DNA from: a virus
Taxonomy: Duplodnaviria > Caudoviricetes
DNA length: 64,000 bases
Virus record (IMG/VR): IMGVR_UViG_3300025011_000016
Strand: one strand, 5' to 3'
Shown here: positions 49,603 through 59,579 of the stretch, piece by piece
Layout: the number at the start of each line of letters is the position of its first letter
How positions within the stretch are numbered: position 1 is the first letter of the stretch
The notes under the pieces: generated by a model
Databases searched by the model: none
Seen by the model: the letters and a program-made list of their open reading frames with translations, nothing else
Told to the model about the DNA's origin: nothing
Program-made: the position numbers and the translations under genes

Positions 49603-50436
49603 ATGTATAAACAACAAGTAGTAGCTTATTGCGTAATGGAGTCCACAATGGACCCTGTTAAACCAATAAATTTACAAGTCTTTGATCGGAATAATTCTTT
49701 CTTTTTAAGATTCCAAACATGTCTTCAAGAGTTTAATATACTAAATAGAAACAGACGTAAATATATTTTAGAACCAATGATGGAGTCATTACAAGCACCA
49801 CATATTAGTGAACTTATGCTTAAGCGATCATGGGCCGGTGAGGCTGGTCATCCTGATACAGATGAAGTTAAACGAATTCTTACTATAAATCCAAAATTAA
49901 CAAGTCATATAATAAATTCATTTAGTCTCAATGGTATTAAACTCATGGGTGAAATTGAAACACTCGATGATGGAATGTACGGAACTCAGATGACCAAAAA
50001 TATTCTTCAAGGTTTAGAACCGGCCTTTAGTCTAAGGGCATTAGCTCAATTAGCAAAACAAGGTGATGGTTCTCAAATAATGAGATCTAGAGCACATATT
50101 GTCACATACGATAGAGTTATTTTACCTAGTCATAATGGAGCATATCGTGATATGACAAAACCCATAGAAAAAATTATTAAGAATCTAGGAACTGTTGGCA
50201 ATACTATTACTGAGAATCTAACAGTTGCCGTAAAAGAATCTCAACTAATAGATTTCATTAAGATGGAATCCACAAATGTTAAATTAATATCTAATGTATG
50301 TGAAGTATCAATGGAATCAATGCAATTATCTAAAGATTTTAAACATGTTATTTTAAAAGAAAATGGTAATACATTCTTTGTAAATATTGATGATAAAATC
50401 AAACGTGACATTAATATGTTCATGAGTCACTTATAA
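49603..50436 (+). CDS. prohead protease (T4 gp21-like)
   Basis: NRNRRKY, GEAGHP, SHII, FSLRA and YDRVILPSH..A. Start re-assigned to ATG 49603 after the GAAAGGAG RBS (the ORF track starts at 49516). Confidence 0.8.
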   Translation: MYKQQVVAYCVMESTMDPVKPINLQVFDRNNSFFLRFQTCLQEFNILNRNRRKYILEPMMESLQAPHISELMLKRSWAGEAGHPDTDEVKRILTINPKLTSHIINSFSLNGIKLMGEIETLDDGMYGTQMTKNILQGLEPAFSLRALAQLAKQGDGSQIMRSRAHIVTYDRVILPSHNGAYRDMTKPIEKIIKNLGTVGNTITENLTVAVKESQLIDFIKMESTNVKLISNVCEVSMESMQLSKDFKHVILKENGNTFFVNIDDKIKRDINMFMSHL

Positions 50437-50519
50437 AATGAAATAATAGAGGTGGTGTAACTCCATCTGTATTATTTCATAATCGTTATTATAAACAATA
50501 CTATAAAAAAATATTATGA

Positions 50520-51488
50520 ATGGAGTTGTGTGGTATGAAACATATATTAACCTTTACTGTACCTAATGCGGATACAGTTACCGAGATACTGGGAGAATTA
50601 TTTAGATCTGAGGACGGTCCTTTTACTAGGACATATACTGATGATGAGTTCATTAATATCCAGAATATAATTGCATCTAATGATATTGAGATCATTTCCA
50701 ATGTAATTGATGATGTTGTTGATACTGATACTACAATTATTAGGGCCCGTAATACTGGTGTAGCGCATCGCAATGCCATAACAGTAGTCGACAAAATTCC
50801 AAAGATTACGATAACTGCCGCCGATCAGGCAGAGGTTGCAGGACTATTAACTGCTGTAGCGCATGGGATTGCTGTTGCTCCGGCCAATAGATATGGTACG
50901 GCAGGATCGAGTGCCATAGTAACAGTTACTCCAACAGTTGACAAATCGATAGATATAACCATTCCACGGTCTAGTAATGCAGAGTTTTACGACATATTTC
51001 TCTCAACTGATGTAGCTGGGCCATTGTGGGTTGCTCGAATTACTGAAGCTGAGCGTTTGGCCGGATGTGCTATTACAGCAGTAGGTGTGGTTGAAGCTGG
51101 TGGGGCTGCTGGTGTTGTAAATGTGGGAGCGGTAGGAACTGGTATTGCGAGCACCAACCTAATCCTAGTTCCTAACAATGGATATAGCCATACTGGCATT
51201 ACACCAGTATCGACTGTAGATAAACACAAGGCTTTTATTTACGTTAAATTGTCCGTAACCGATCTCAGGAGCGCTCCGGCTTTGAACATCGTACCATTTT
51301 TTCTAAATCAAGTTTCGGGTGAATATCATCAAGGCACATTAATAACTCTCAGATTGTCTGGTGATGGTGGTCAGAGTAATGCACAAGTTTTTGAAGTGGA
51401 TGTTGATGAGGCTGTAGAAATGAAGGTCCTTGTTGATTCGATTTTCGGACAAGGTGCGTCGGCCACTATTCATGTCGAACTGGTCTAA
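50520..51488 (+). CDS. hypothetical, probably structural protein
   Basis: Ala/Gly/Val/Thr-rich and beta-type in composition. Likely start ATG 50535. Confidence 0.7.
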   Translation: MELCGMKHILTFTVPNADTVTEILGELFRSEDGPFTRTYTDDEFINIQNIIASNDIEIISNVIDDVVDTDTTIIRARNTGVAHRNAITVVDKIPKITITAADQAEVAGLLTAVAHGIAVAPANRYGTAGSSAIVTVTPTVDKSIDITIPRSSNAEFYDIFLSTDVAGPLWVARITEAERLAGCAITAVGVVEAGGAAGVVNVGAVGTGIASTNLILVPNNGYSHTGITPVSTVDKHKAFIYVKLSVTDLRSAPALNIVPFFLNQVSGEYHQGTLITLRLSGDGGQSNAQVFEVDVDEAVEMKVLVDSIFGQGASATIHVELV

Positions 51489-51580
51489 TATAAAGAATGA
51501 TATAAGTGATTTAAATCACTTATATCATTCTTTATGTATTACATTATTATAATAACTAAACGATAAGGAGTGATAAATTT

Positions 51581-52306
51581 ATGATGAATTTGAGTGAACT
51601 GATGACTTCTATAAAAATGGATCTGGGCATTTATGGATTAGCATTACCTTTTAAAAATGCAGATCAAGCTTTATATGATGTTATAAAACTAAAAACTTTA
51701 AAAACATTTAGTCCATTCAGCCCACAGATTTTTGAAATGGTTTTTGATCTAAAGACTTTAGTATGTTTAGAATCATTATATACTAAATCTAAATATGAAT
51801 TACCGGATATATTTGGGGATCGGCGTATATTATATATCCAAAATGTAAGTCCTCGAAGTAAATTACTTGGAAATGGTTATTTATCTCCCTCTTATGATGA
51901 TAATGTCGATTCGTATGAGGGGTTAATGATGACCCAAGCTAATGCTAATTTGGTATCAATGGCAGCACCAGCAATTACTTTCAAATTTGAATCTCCAAAT
52001 ATAATGTATTTATATAATTTTGCTACAAGTTATGGAGAAGTTACAATATCTTTTGCCGTCGAACACGCGCCCAATTTATCATCTATTTCAGCAACTACAT
52101 GGCAAACTTTTTATGAATTAGCAACTTTTGATATACAGGCATTCTTATATAATACATTAAAACATTATAGTGAAATTCAAACTGCATACGGTACTATTAA
52201 TTTAAAAATCGATGACTGGTCTTCTGCCGCTAGTGAAAGAAAAGATATGTTGGAGAAAATGAAGGATCTATTCCATTTAGATAATCTAGCTTTCTATGTT
52301 ATCTAA
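51581..52306 (+). CDS. probable neck / head-completion protein (T4 gp13-like)
   Basis: IKMDLG at the N-terminus and the C-terminal LAT......LY..LK.......G.I.L.......A..E pattern recall gp13-type neck proteins. Confidence 0.45.
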   Translation: MMNLSELMTSIKMDLGIYGLALPFKNADQALYDVIKLKTLKTFSPFSPQIFEMVFDLKTLVCLESLYTKSKYELPDIFGDRRILYIQNVSPRSKLLGNGYLSPSYDDNVDSYEGLMMTQANANLVSMAAPAITFKFESPNIMYLYNFATSYGEVTISFAVEHAPNLSSISATTWQTFYELATFDIQAFLYNTLKHYSEIQTAYGTINLKIDDWSSAASERKDMLEKMKDLFHLDNLAFYVI

Positions 52307-52347
52307 TCTATAACGATCAACATTATAATAAAAAATAATTAGGTGGT

Positions 52348-52794
52348 GTGTTAATATTGGATTGTTTACAACGATTAATGGCTGCGCAAATATTATTTCA
52401 ACATAATCTAAAAATTTTACACTGGAACGTCATTGGTCTTGATTTCGATCCAGTACATGAATTACTTGGTGGGTATTATGAATATTTCAATGATCTTATT
52501 GATGATACTGCAGAATTTTGTAAATCATTGAGTGTTAATGTGATTAGTCTTCATGAAGCTATGGAAATTCTTGAGAATGATGATATTGCATTTATGAGTA
52601 TTAACGGTAGTGATTCATTTGTTTCTAAAGATTGTTTTGAAAAAGTTGGCAACATGTTTGATATTATGATAAAATTATATGATATGGCTTTCACATATGA
52701 TACTATTCCAGCATCTATCGTAAACAAAATGCAGGAATCTCAACAGTGGTTTAGAAAAGAGAGTCATTTCAAAAACAGACAACGTTTACGTTAA
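52348..52794 (+). CDS. dps: Dps / ferritin-like protein
   Basis: LHWNVIG..F..VHELL..YY.....DDTAE matches the Dps HWNVxG..F..LH..F......D..AE signature. Confidence 0.8.
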   Translation: MLILDCLQRLMAAQILFQHNLKILHWNVIGLDFDPVHELLGGYYEYFNDLIDDTAEFCKSLSVNVISLHEAMEILENDDIAFMSINGSDSFVSKDCFEKVGNMFDIMIKLYDMAFTYDTIPASIVNKMQESQQWFRKESHFKNRQRLR

Positions 52795-52848
52795 AAAATA
52801 AATATATCGGAGTTACTTTAAAGTAACTCCGATATATTTTATTAAAAA
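52795..52848. terminator. bidirectional terminator after dps
   Basis: AATATATCGGAGTTACTTT / AAAGTAACTCCGATATATT. Confidence 0.8.
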
Positions 52849-53321
52849 AAATTAATCATTCTCCTATTATGATACAATGGTGCGATCTCTAATATTAATG
52901 AGATTTCTTGAAAATATTTCGACATCATACATCTAGCAAAGTAATTGGCGTCATCCTCTTTATCTAATTTTGTCTTAAAGGTCTTTCCCCTAACATGCTG
53001 ATAACCATGTCTTAATTCATGAAATAGAGCAAAAACCATATATAATTTATTATAAGTAATTGAATGTTTACTATTACTGAAGTTAAATTTATAAATATAT
53101 ATTTTGTTATATTTATAATATATTCGCGCTATTGAATATCCGGTTAGTACATTAATAATGGATAAACCAATGTTTTCTGATATCTTATATTCTAACATGT
53201 TTAAATGAAATAAATATTTAAATCTGGATTTTAATATAATAACTCCAAAACCTAAATTATGATAACTCATTGGTAATAGTTGTATTAATTTAGAAACGTC
53301 CAATTCATTCATAATACTCAA
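52842..53321 (-). CDS. hypothetical protein with a HEXXH motif
   Basis: FALFHELRHGYQH...EDDANYFA. Confidence 0.65.
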   Translation of the reverse strand: MSIMNELDVSKLIQLLPMSYHNLGFGVIILKSRFKYLFHLNMLEYKISENIGLSIINVLTGYSIARIYYKYNKIYIYKFNFSNSKHSITYNKLYMVFALFHELRHGYQHVRGKTFKTKLDKEDDANYFARCMMSKYFQEISLILEIAPLYHNRRMINFF

Positions 53322-54769
53322 TCAACCCTTTCATTATTATATTTTAATTCCAGTATCTTAACACACTTAGTTTTAAAATGTTTCAAACGTTTTTTGTACA
53401 TATCGTATACTCTGCCGAACCCCCTATCTACTAATTCAATATAGAATGTGTACTCACTTGACGAATATTCCCTTAATCTACCTGATATTTGATTAGCTGT
53501 TATAGCTGATGAATAAGGTTCAGTCATTATAAGTATACGCAAACCTGGGATATCAGAACCGGTTCCAGTAGACTTAGGAGTTGAACTTATGATATCTGAT
53601 GTTAAAGCTATCAACTTATCGTTATCAGATACTTCAGAATTATATATAGCAATACTTTTATTTGTATAATTAGATCGAATATAATCAGCAATGATTTTAG
53701 ATGACTCTATTTTAGATGATAATACTAATGTTTTTCCTTCCTTATCATTAAAATAATTTAATAAATATAATATTACATCGTGTATCATACCATTCCGCAT
53801 TTGATAGTCAATATATTTATTTCTATCGAAACCATGTAATCCTTTAATGGATGCTTGTATATCTAAGGTGGGTTTTGAATTAAAGATAACTGATATATAT
53901 ACTATATGTTTCCTTTTATCATCTTTAGTCTCTATGCCATATTTAGCTATATTCTTAAAACACAGATTGAAAAGTTTGTTATCTTTATGCTCTGAACGTT
54001 CGAAGTTAGCTGTTAAATAGAATGTCTTCTTAGTATTAGTATAGAAGTCTATTTTTAAAGTATTATAGAATTCAATATGAGCTTCATCGATAACCTTTAC
54101 TCCTATAGCTATTTTTTTAAATAGATTGGATATTTTATCCCAACCATTTTTCTCACCATAAACTTGTAAAGTTCTATGATTTACCATATATACTTTATAT
54201 TTTAATGTTTTACTTTTCAGTATCAATTCTATAACAGAACTACCTTCGATATTACATATATATGAATCATCAAGGTCAGTCATTGATAATAAGGAGTCAT
54301 GCCATTGTTTCTTAATAGCATTATTATGTGTAATAATAAGAGATTTAACTTTCATAAATGTTAAAGCCGCTATTACACAATAAGTTTTACCAAAACTGGT
54401 CTGAAGATTAAGGGATAACTGTGAATATTTCTTTGTATAATTAAATGGGATTTCTCCTAATAGATATGAAATAGATTTCCTTTGAATATCATCACGTGGC
54501 TCGGTTTTTAAACGAAATGAAGCTGGTTCGTATGGATCAGGCTTATAATCAATTTCAATATTAGCATTAAAACTTTTCTCAAGATAACTTAAGTCTAATC
54601 CTCTAGGAATTAATAATTGTTTTAATTCAGGATCATACTGAAATCCTTTAGTATCATACCTGAAGTATGAATCATTCCATATAGATAACATTTTCTCTAA
54701 GTATAAATTGTCTCCTAAATTATAATTTGATATAATAATAGATGTATGATTAACTGTTATTTTATTCAT
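53318..54769 (-). CDS. superfamily 2 DNA helicase (UvsW-like)
   Basis: TSFGKT, IDEAH, LTAN, GTGSDIP, Q..GRLR. Confidence 0.88.
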   Translation of the reverse strand: MNKITVNHTSIIISNYNLGDNLYLEKMLSIWNDSYFRYDTKGFQYDPELKQLLIPRGLDLSYLEKSFNANIEIDYKPDPYEPASFRLKTEPRDDIQRKSISYLLGEIPFNYTKKYSQLSLNLQTSFGKTYCVIAALTFMKVKSLIITHNNAIKKQWHDSLLSMTDLDDSYICNIEGSSVIELILKSKTLKYKVYMVNHRTLQVYGEKNGWDKISNLFKKIAIGVKVIDEAHIEFYNTLKIDFYTNTKKTFYLTANFERSEHKDNKLFNLCFKNIAKYGIETKDDKRKHIVYISVIFNSKPTLDIQASIKGLHGFDRNKYIDYQMRNGMIHDVILYLLNYFNDKEGKTLVLSSKIESSKIIADYIRSNYTNKSIAIYNSEVSDNDKLIALTSDIISSTPKSTGTGSDIPGLRILIMTEPYSSAITANQISGRLREYSSSEYTFYIELVDRGFGRVYDMYKKRLKHFKTKCVKILELKYNNERVD

Positions 54770-54772
54770 AAA

Positions 54773-55135
54773 CTACCACAACTTTCTAAAGAAATTACAG
54801 AAATTAAATATAAGATCATTCACAAAATTAATTATAGTAGATATACATTCCCGTACTGATAGATCACCTTCAGAAACTTTTCGCATTTCTTTAGGTTCAA
54901 TTACATCTAAATTATCAATTAAGCTATCCATTGTTTCAGTTTCAATAGATTTTATCGAGTTGTCCAAACGGATATTTATTTCTGTTCGCAACATATTAAG
55001 TCTATTTTTACTGCACATGGGAACACGATTCCCTAATTCATCATATTCTTGCCCACTGTGAGATATAATTTCCTTTTCAAATAAAGTAATTAATTTATGA
55101 TTACTCATATTCTGTATAGTTTTATTAGGCTTCAT
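54773..55135 (-). CDS. hypothetical protein
   Basis: AAAGGG RBS, operon with the helicase. Confidence 0.7.
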   Translation of the reverse strand: MKPNKTIQNMSNHKLITLFEKEIISHSGQEYDELGNRVPMCSKNRLNMLRTEINIRLDNSIKSIETETMDSLIDNLDVIEPKEMRKVSEGDLSVRECISTIINFVNDLIFNFCNFFRKLW

Positions 55136-55240
55136 TTATCCAACCCTTTCTTAATAAAAAAATGACATGTTATGAATAGAAATAAAACTTTCTATTCATA
55201 ACATGTTTTATTAAATATTTGTTAAACGGTTAATTATATA

Positions 55241-55756
55241 TTAAAATTCTCCTTTGGATACTGAATCTATAGCTAATTTAGCTGTTGGATCAAAACAGCC
55301 ACTTGAATTACGCCATTCGTTGTGAGATAAAATAACATCGGCTTTGTTATAAATCCTATGTATTTCTTTCTTAGCCTTCTTTAATTTATTAGCATGATCA
55401 GTATGTGCCATTTTTCTAAGATGATTAATATGTTCTTGACTATACCCAGATTTTGTCAATTCATTAATTAAATAATTAATAAAGATATCACTATTAGTAG
55501 ATTTTTCACATTTCATTTGATGTTGTAAATTCTTTGTAAGATTAGTAATATATGTAACTTTTTCATTTCGTTTAGTTCTTAAAGTTCTAAGTAATACAAC
55601 GTCGGGTTCATTACTTTTTACATCATATAATATTATACTCTTTGTTAATTTTGCTATTTCAATATGTAATAAATTTTTCTCATCAGTTAATTGCTTTATT
55701 AGAATCTCATTCCTTGATATGTATCCCCCACACCCCGAACACCGATTTATGTCCAA
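55241..55756 (-). CDS. hypothetical protein
   Basis: 171 aa, N-terminal CSGC, coiled coil. Confidence 0.7.
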   Translation of the reverse strand: MDINRCSGCGGYISRNEILIKQLTDEKNLLHIEIAKLTKSIILYDVKSNEPDVVLLRTLRTKRNEKVTYITNLTKNLQHQMKCEKSTNSDIFINYLINELTKSGYSQEHINHLRKMAHTDHANKLKKAKKEIHRIYNKADVILSHNEWRNSSGCFDPTAKLAIDSVSKGEF

Positions 55757-55809
55757 TATTATCCACCCCCATTTTATACCATTATTCTCTTGTTTAAATC
55801 GAAGTATAA

Positions 55810-55850
55810 TAAAAAAATAACTAGAGATAAAATCTCTAGTTATTTTTTTA
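55810..55850 (-). terminator. terminator after the beta' gene
   Basis: AAAAAAATAACTAGAGAT / ATCTCTAGTTATTTTTTT. Confidence 0.8.
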
Positions 55851-55854
55851 TAGT

Positions 55855-58676
55855 TTATGGTCTGGATTTAAAGAAAGAATCTATATAAGAAGCTTCTCTC
55901 TTTTTAAATGTTAATGGATTAATAAGTTGTCGTCCTAATGCCTGGAAGGATAAACCTATTAAGACAGAAGGATGTTTTTCTAATGCGGATTCAACAGTCA
56001 TTATTTGATACTCAGCTTTTTCACCATACTTACTGAAATCCGGTCTATATAAGATATCCTTACTGTGTCTTAATAGAGGGTGTATCAACAATTCACCATG
56101 AACCGCATCTGAATCAATTTTAGATTCGATTAATAGATCTAACATCTTTTGACATAACTCATCAACAGATCTACATCCAACATGATCACTTCTATTAAGT
56201 AAATACATGATGTTATAAAGAGGACGTGTCAATTCGTTATTCTCAATTTCTAATACGAATATCTTAGAATCATCATCAATTTTAGCAAAGTCAATTTCAT
56301 AAGCGTCTTTATGAGATTTACTCTTATTCATTAACTCAACTATATCTGGAGATATATATAAGTCTTTCTGATTCAATTCCATACATTCTATAATCTCACC
56401 AGATTTTTTATGTTTAACATGGAATATAGTTACAAATGTATTGAAATCAGTATCATCATATTCATTAATACTAATAATATTTTTATTAATAATAACTAAA
56501 GAATAATCATTTAAGTTAATGTCGTCATTAGTTATATTAAGAAGAATTTCATTTGCATTAATAGTGAAAAACTTATAGAAATCAGCATTGAATTCTATCT
56601 TTTCCGAAACTGTTGTTAGTAGGTGTTTAGTTGATAATACTCTCTGAGATACAGGTTCTGTTATTCTTGATCCAGCATATCCACCAATAGAGATACCTTT
56701 ATTGGTATGATATAGTTGCCCATAACAATGCCAACATATTCCATCTTTAGCTGAACAAGTTGCTGGAGATTTAACATAGATAGTTTTACCAACAATATTT
56801 TCCTCATGACCTTCAATGACGTTATAATCTCTAGTATTCTCAAGACGATAATATCTTCCCTGTAATCGTCTTAAATGCTCTTTAGTTTTGATTTCGTATT
56901 GAATTGAATGAATGCTATTACATGTTTTAACAGTAGGACTTAATTTTATTCCTGATGTTAAAAGCATTACTAATCGTGCAAACGTATTTTCATATAGATC
57001 GTAAATCCATACAGTTCTCTAATGAACTTCCCTATAACTATATAGGATACAAGACTATATCACCATCCAATGATGGATGATTCTTATTTCAGTTTAACTA
57101 TAAACTTACGAGCTTTTACTCTAGTCGTTGAACCTTTCTCTTAGTAAGAGTATTGGCTGCGGATCGTCCAATCTTCAATTAAGAAGTTCTAAGGAGTTCC
57201 CCGTCAATTAAAGAAATTTTCTCATTATATATTACTATATAATGCCACCTGTAATTGATGGCCAGATCTACCCATACGTAAGTTGACATTATTCGTTACA
57301 TAATGTAGTCCACAAAGAACTCCCTATATTTCTATAGGATACCAGACTATCTCTTCTCATTTAATTAAATGAGTCTCTCCATTTCGATTTAAGAGTTTTC
57401 ACACCCACTCACTTTGAGCTCTAAATTAGTCGTTGAACCTTTCTCTTATTATAAAGAGACTTGGCTGCGGATTATCCAATCTTAAACATTATTACATTAG
57501 TAGTTTAAGCAGTAAGGAACTTCCCGTCAATTAAAAGAGAAATGGCTAAAAATTAACCAGTTTATTCATAATTAATGATTTTCTTCCACCACGATACTTT
57601 CACATAGGTCGTTAATCCATGCAGTTCTCTTATGAACTTCCCTAATATTTATTAGGATACAAGACTATATCACAATCTTCTATATAGAAGATTCCATTAA
57701 TTTCGATATAACTTTATATCTACGAGTCACGCTCTAGTCGTTGAACCTTATTCTTATATAAGAATCTTGGCTGCGGATTGTCCAATCTTCAATTAGAAGT
57801 TCTAAGGAGTTTCCCGTCAATTAAAATAGTTTTACAACATAAGTCCACCTATGCCGCCCCAAGTTGTTTTAGGGAGTCAATATAGTAATTAGTGATGTTG
57901 GATAATCCCCCTACTATGAAGTTACTATTGATCGGATGGGGGATTGTATTTCCAGAAAGATCCGGCTTCAGCCCCCCACTAATTGCGAACTCTGCTAACT
58001 GTTTATGTTTAATCCCAGCACCAGATTTTAGTATTGGCTGTAGCATATTTCCAACAGGATCATTTTCTAAAATGGCAACTTGCTCATGCATTAGATCATC
58101 TAGTAATGATTCTATTTCCGTAGGTTGAAGTCCGTCTGGAATAACCGTTCGTATGATTTCGTTAAATCTAGGTATACGTTCGCTTACGTCAATAAACGTC
58201 TCAATATTAATTGATAACCCCAATATCATATTAAAGTCAGTTGATATTCTAGATAGATTGTGGATCATATCTGCAATTACTTTATTCATTTTAGTATTAC
58301 TGATAATCTTTCTAAATGGTAAAACTATCTTTCTATCAACATATGATTTGATATAATCTGCCGATATCTTACTACAATCAACTATATAAGATTCATTCAA
58401 TCTATCAATATAACCCAACTTCATCATCGGTGACCAAAACATATAATTTGTTAAGAAATGTCTTAATTGGAGAGTATGAATTTGTTCTCCTTCTTTATCT
58501 GAAAATTTAAAATACACTGGGCATGTTCTCAACTCCTTAACTTCAAACCCTCGTTTTAAATAATCATAGAACAACTCTAGATTAGCTTTGTAGTCCTTCT
58601 TAGTAGCCATTAAGTTTGAGATAATAAAGATCTTATTGGATAGCTCACTGATTATTTTTCCTACATCCGAATCCAA
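55855..58676 (-). CDS. rpoC: phage multisubunit RNA polymerase beta' subunit, C-terminal half; 4 exons, about 662 aa
   Basis: Exons 58676-57871, 57591-57556, 57276-57258, 56982-55855 total 1989 nt, in frame. SGAG..Q...SGGLKPD, bridge-helix region YYIDSL|GGRKSLIMNKLV|MGRSGH|FARL, zinc site C..DGICWHCYG, trigger loop ITEPVSQRVLSTKH. Confidence 0.9.
56983..57257 (-). ncRNA. group I intron, ORF-less (beta' intron 3)
   Basis: GCCAT| pairs with GTGGC. Full core. Ends ...AAATACG. Confidence 0.9.
57277..57555 (-). ncRNA. group I intron, ORF-less (beta' intron 2)
   Basis: TGGT|TA pairs with TAGCCA. Full core. Ends ...ACTTACG. Confidence 0.9.
57592..57870 (-). ncRNA. group I intron, ORF-less (beta' intron 1)
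   Basis: CCCT|AA pairs with TTGGGG. Full core. Ends ...AAGTATCG. Confidence 0.9.
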
Positions 58677-58719
58677 AAATATGACCTCCTTCTTTTATAA
58701 TACTGTTTTTTCTATTATT

Positions 58720-58729
58720 ATAATATATA
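58720..58729 (-). promoter_or_regulatory. early-type promoter motif upstream of the beta' gene
   Basis: TATATATTAT on the minus strand, 44 nt from the start codon. Confidence 0.6.
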
Positions 58730-58797
58730 TTTATAGGTTTATTTATATTGGAACATACAAAAAAAAAGAATACCGTTGATGGCATTCTTTTTTATAA

Positions 58798-59436
58798 TTA
58801 TAATTTTAAAAATAATCGTTCTTTAACATACTCAATAACTGAAATATCAGGATTCTTAATAAGTAAGATATTATCTAATCTATCTTCTACTGCAATACGT
58901 TGACATTTAATACATGGAGATTTAATACCCATTATAGAGGTGCTGTCACCCTCAACTGCCACTAACTGTACATAGTCAGTTGGATTTTCGATAATACTTA
59001 TAGTATGTGGATTTAATTTAACTGCAAGTAATTGAGTCTCCTTTGTTGGATTTTTAATATACAACATGGATTTAGGTGTTGATTCGAGAGCAATTTCAAT
59101 GATTGTAGGTAAAGGATTTTTGATAAAATTTAAGAATCTATGATCGGTTTTAATAACATGTAATTGAGCACTATAACATGGAGTATCGATTAATTTAATA
59201 CGTGTAGGCTCGCAGACTACTGCCATCATTTGTATTAAGTCAGTTGGATTTTCAATATATCTGATAGCTAAAGGTTCACTTATAATAGCGTACATTTGTA
59301 CTCTTTCAGATGCCCCTTTAATAAATTGAATAATATTACCATTTAATTGAACAGCCATTACGTGTTCGTCCTCTGTTGGATTTTGAATGTCAATAAAGTT
59401 TAATACATCCGCTTTTATTAATTCCTCGTTAGTCAT
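58798..59436 (-). CDS. tandem-repeat protein (DUF4116-like)
   Basis: About 22-aa repeats I..I.NPT...Q..AV, same family as 15871..16539. Confidence 0.75.
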   Translation of the reverse strand: MTNEELIKADVLNFIDIQNPTEDEHVMAVQLNGNIIQFIKGASERVQMYAIISEPLAIRYIENPTDLIQMMAVVCEPTRIKLIDTPCYSAQLHVIKTDHRFLNFIKNPLPTIIEIALESTPKSMLYIKNPTKETQLLAVKLNPHTISIIENPTDYVQLVAVEGDSTSIMGIKSPCIKCQRIAVEDRLDNILLIKNPDISVIEYVKERLFLKL

Positions 59437-59579
59437 AATAAACTCCTCCCAAATATTTTTTATATCTACAATAATAATATATAATTAAAATCTATATAAG
59501 ATATACGTTATATTAACTTTAAACATATTATTAAAATACTCTAAACAAACTTTATTTAAAAGAGGGTAGGTGGATTAAT

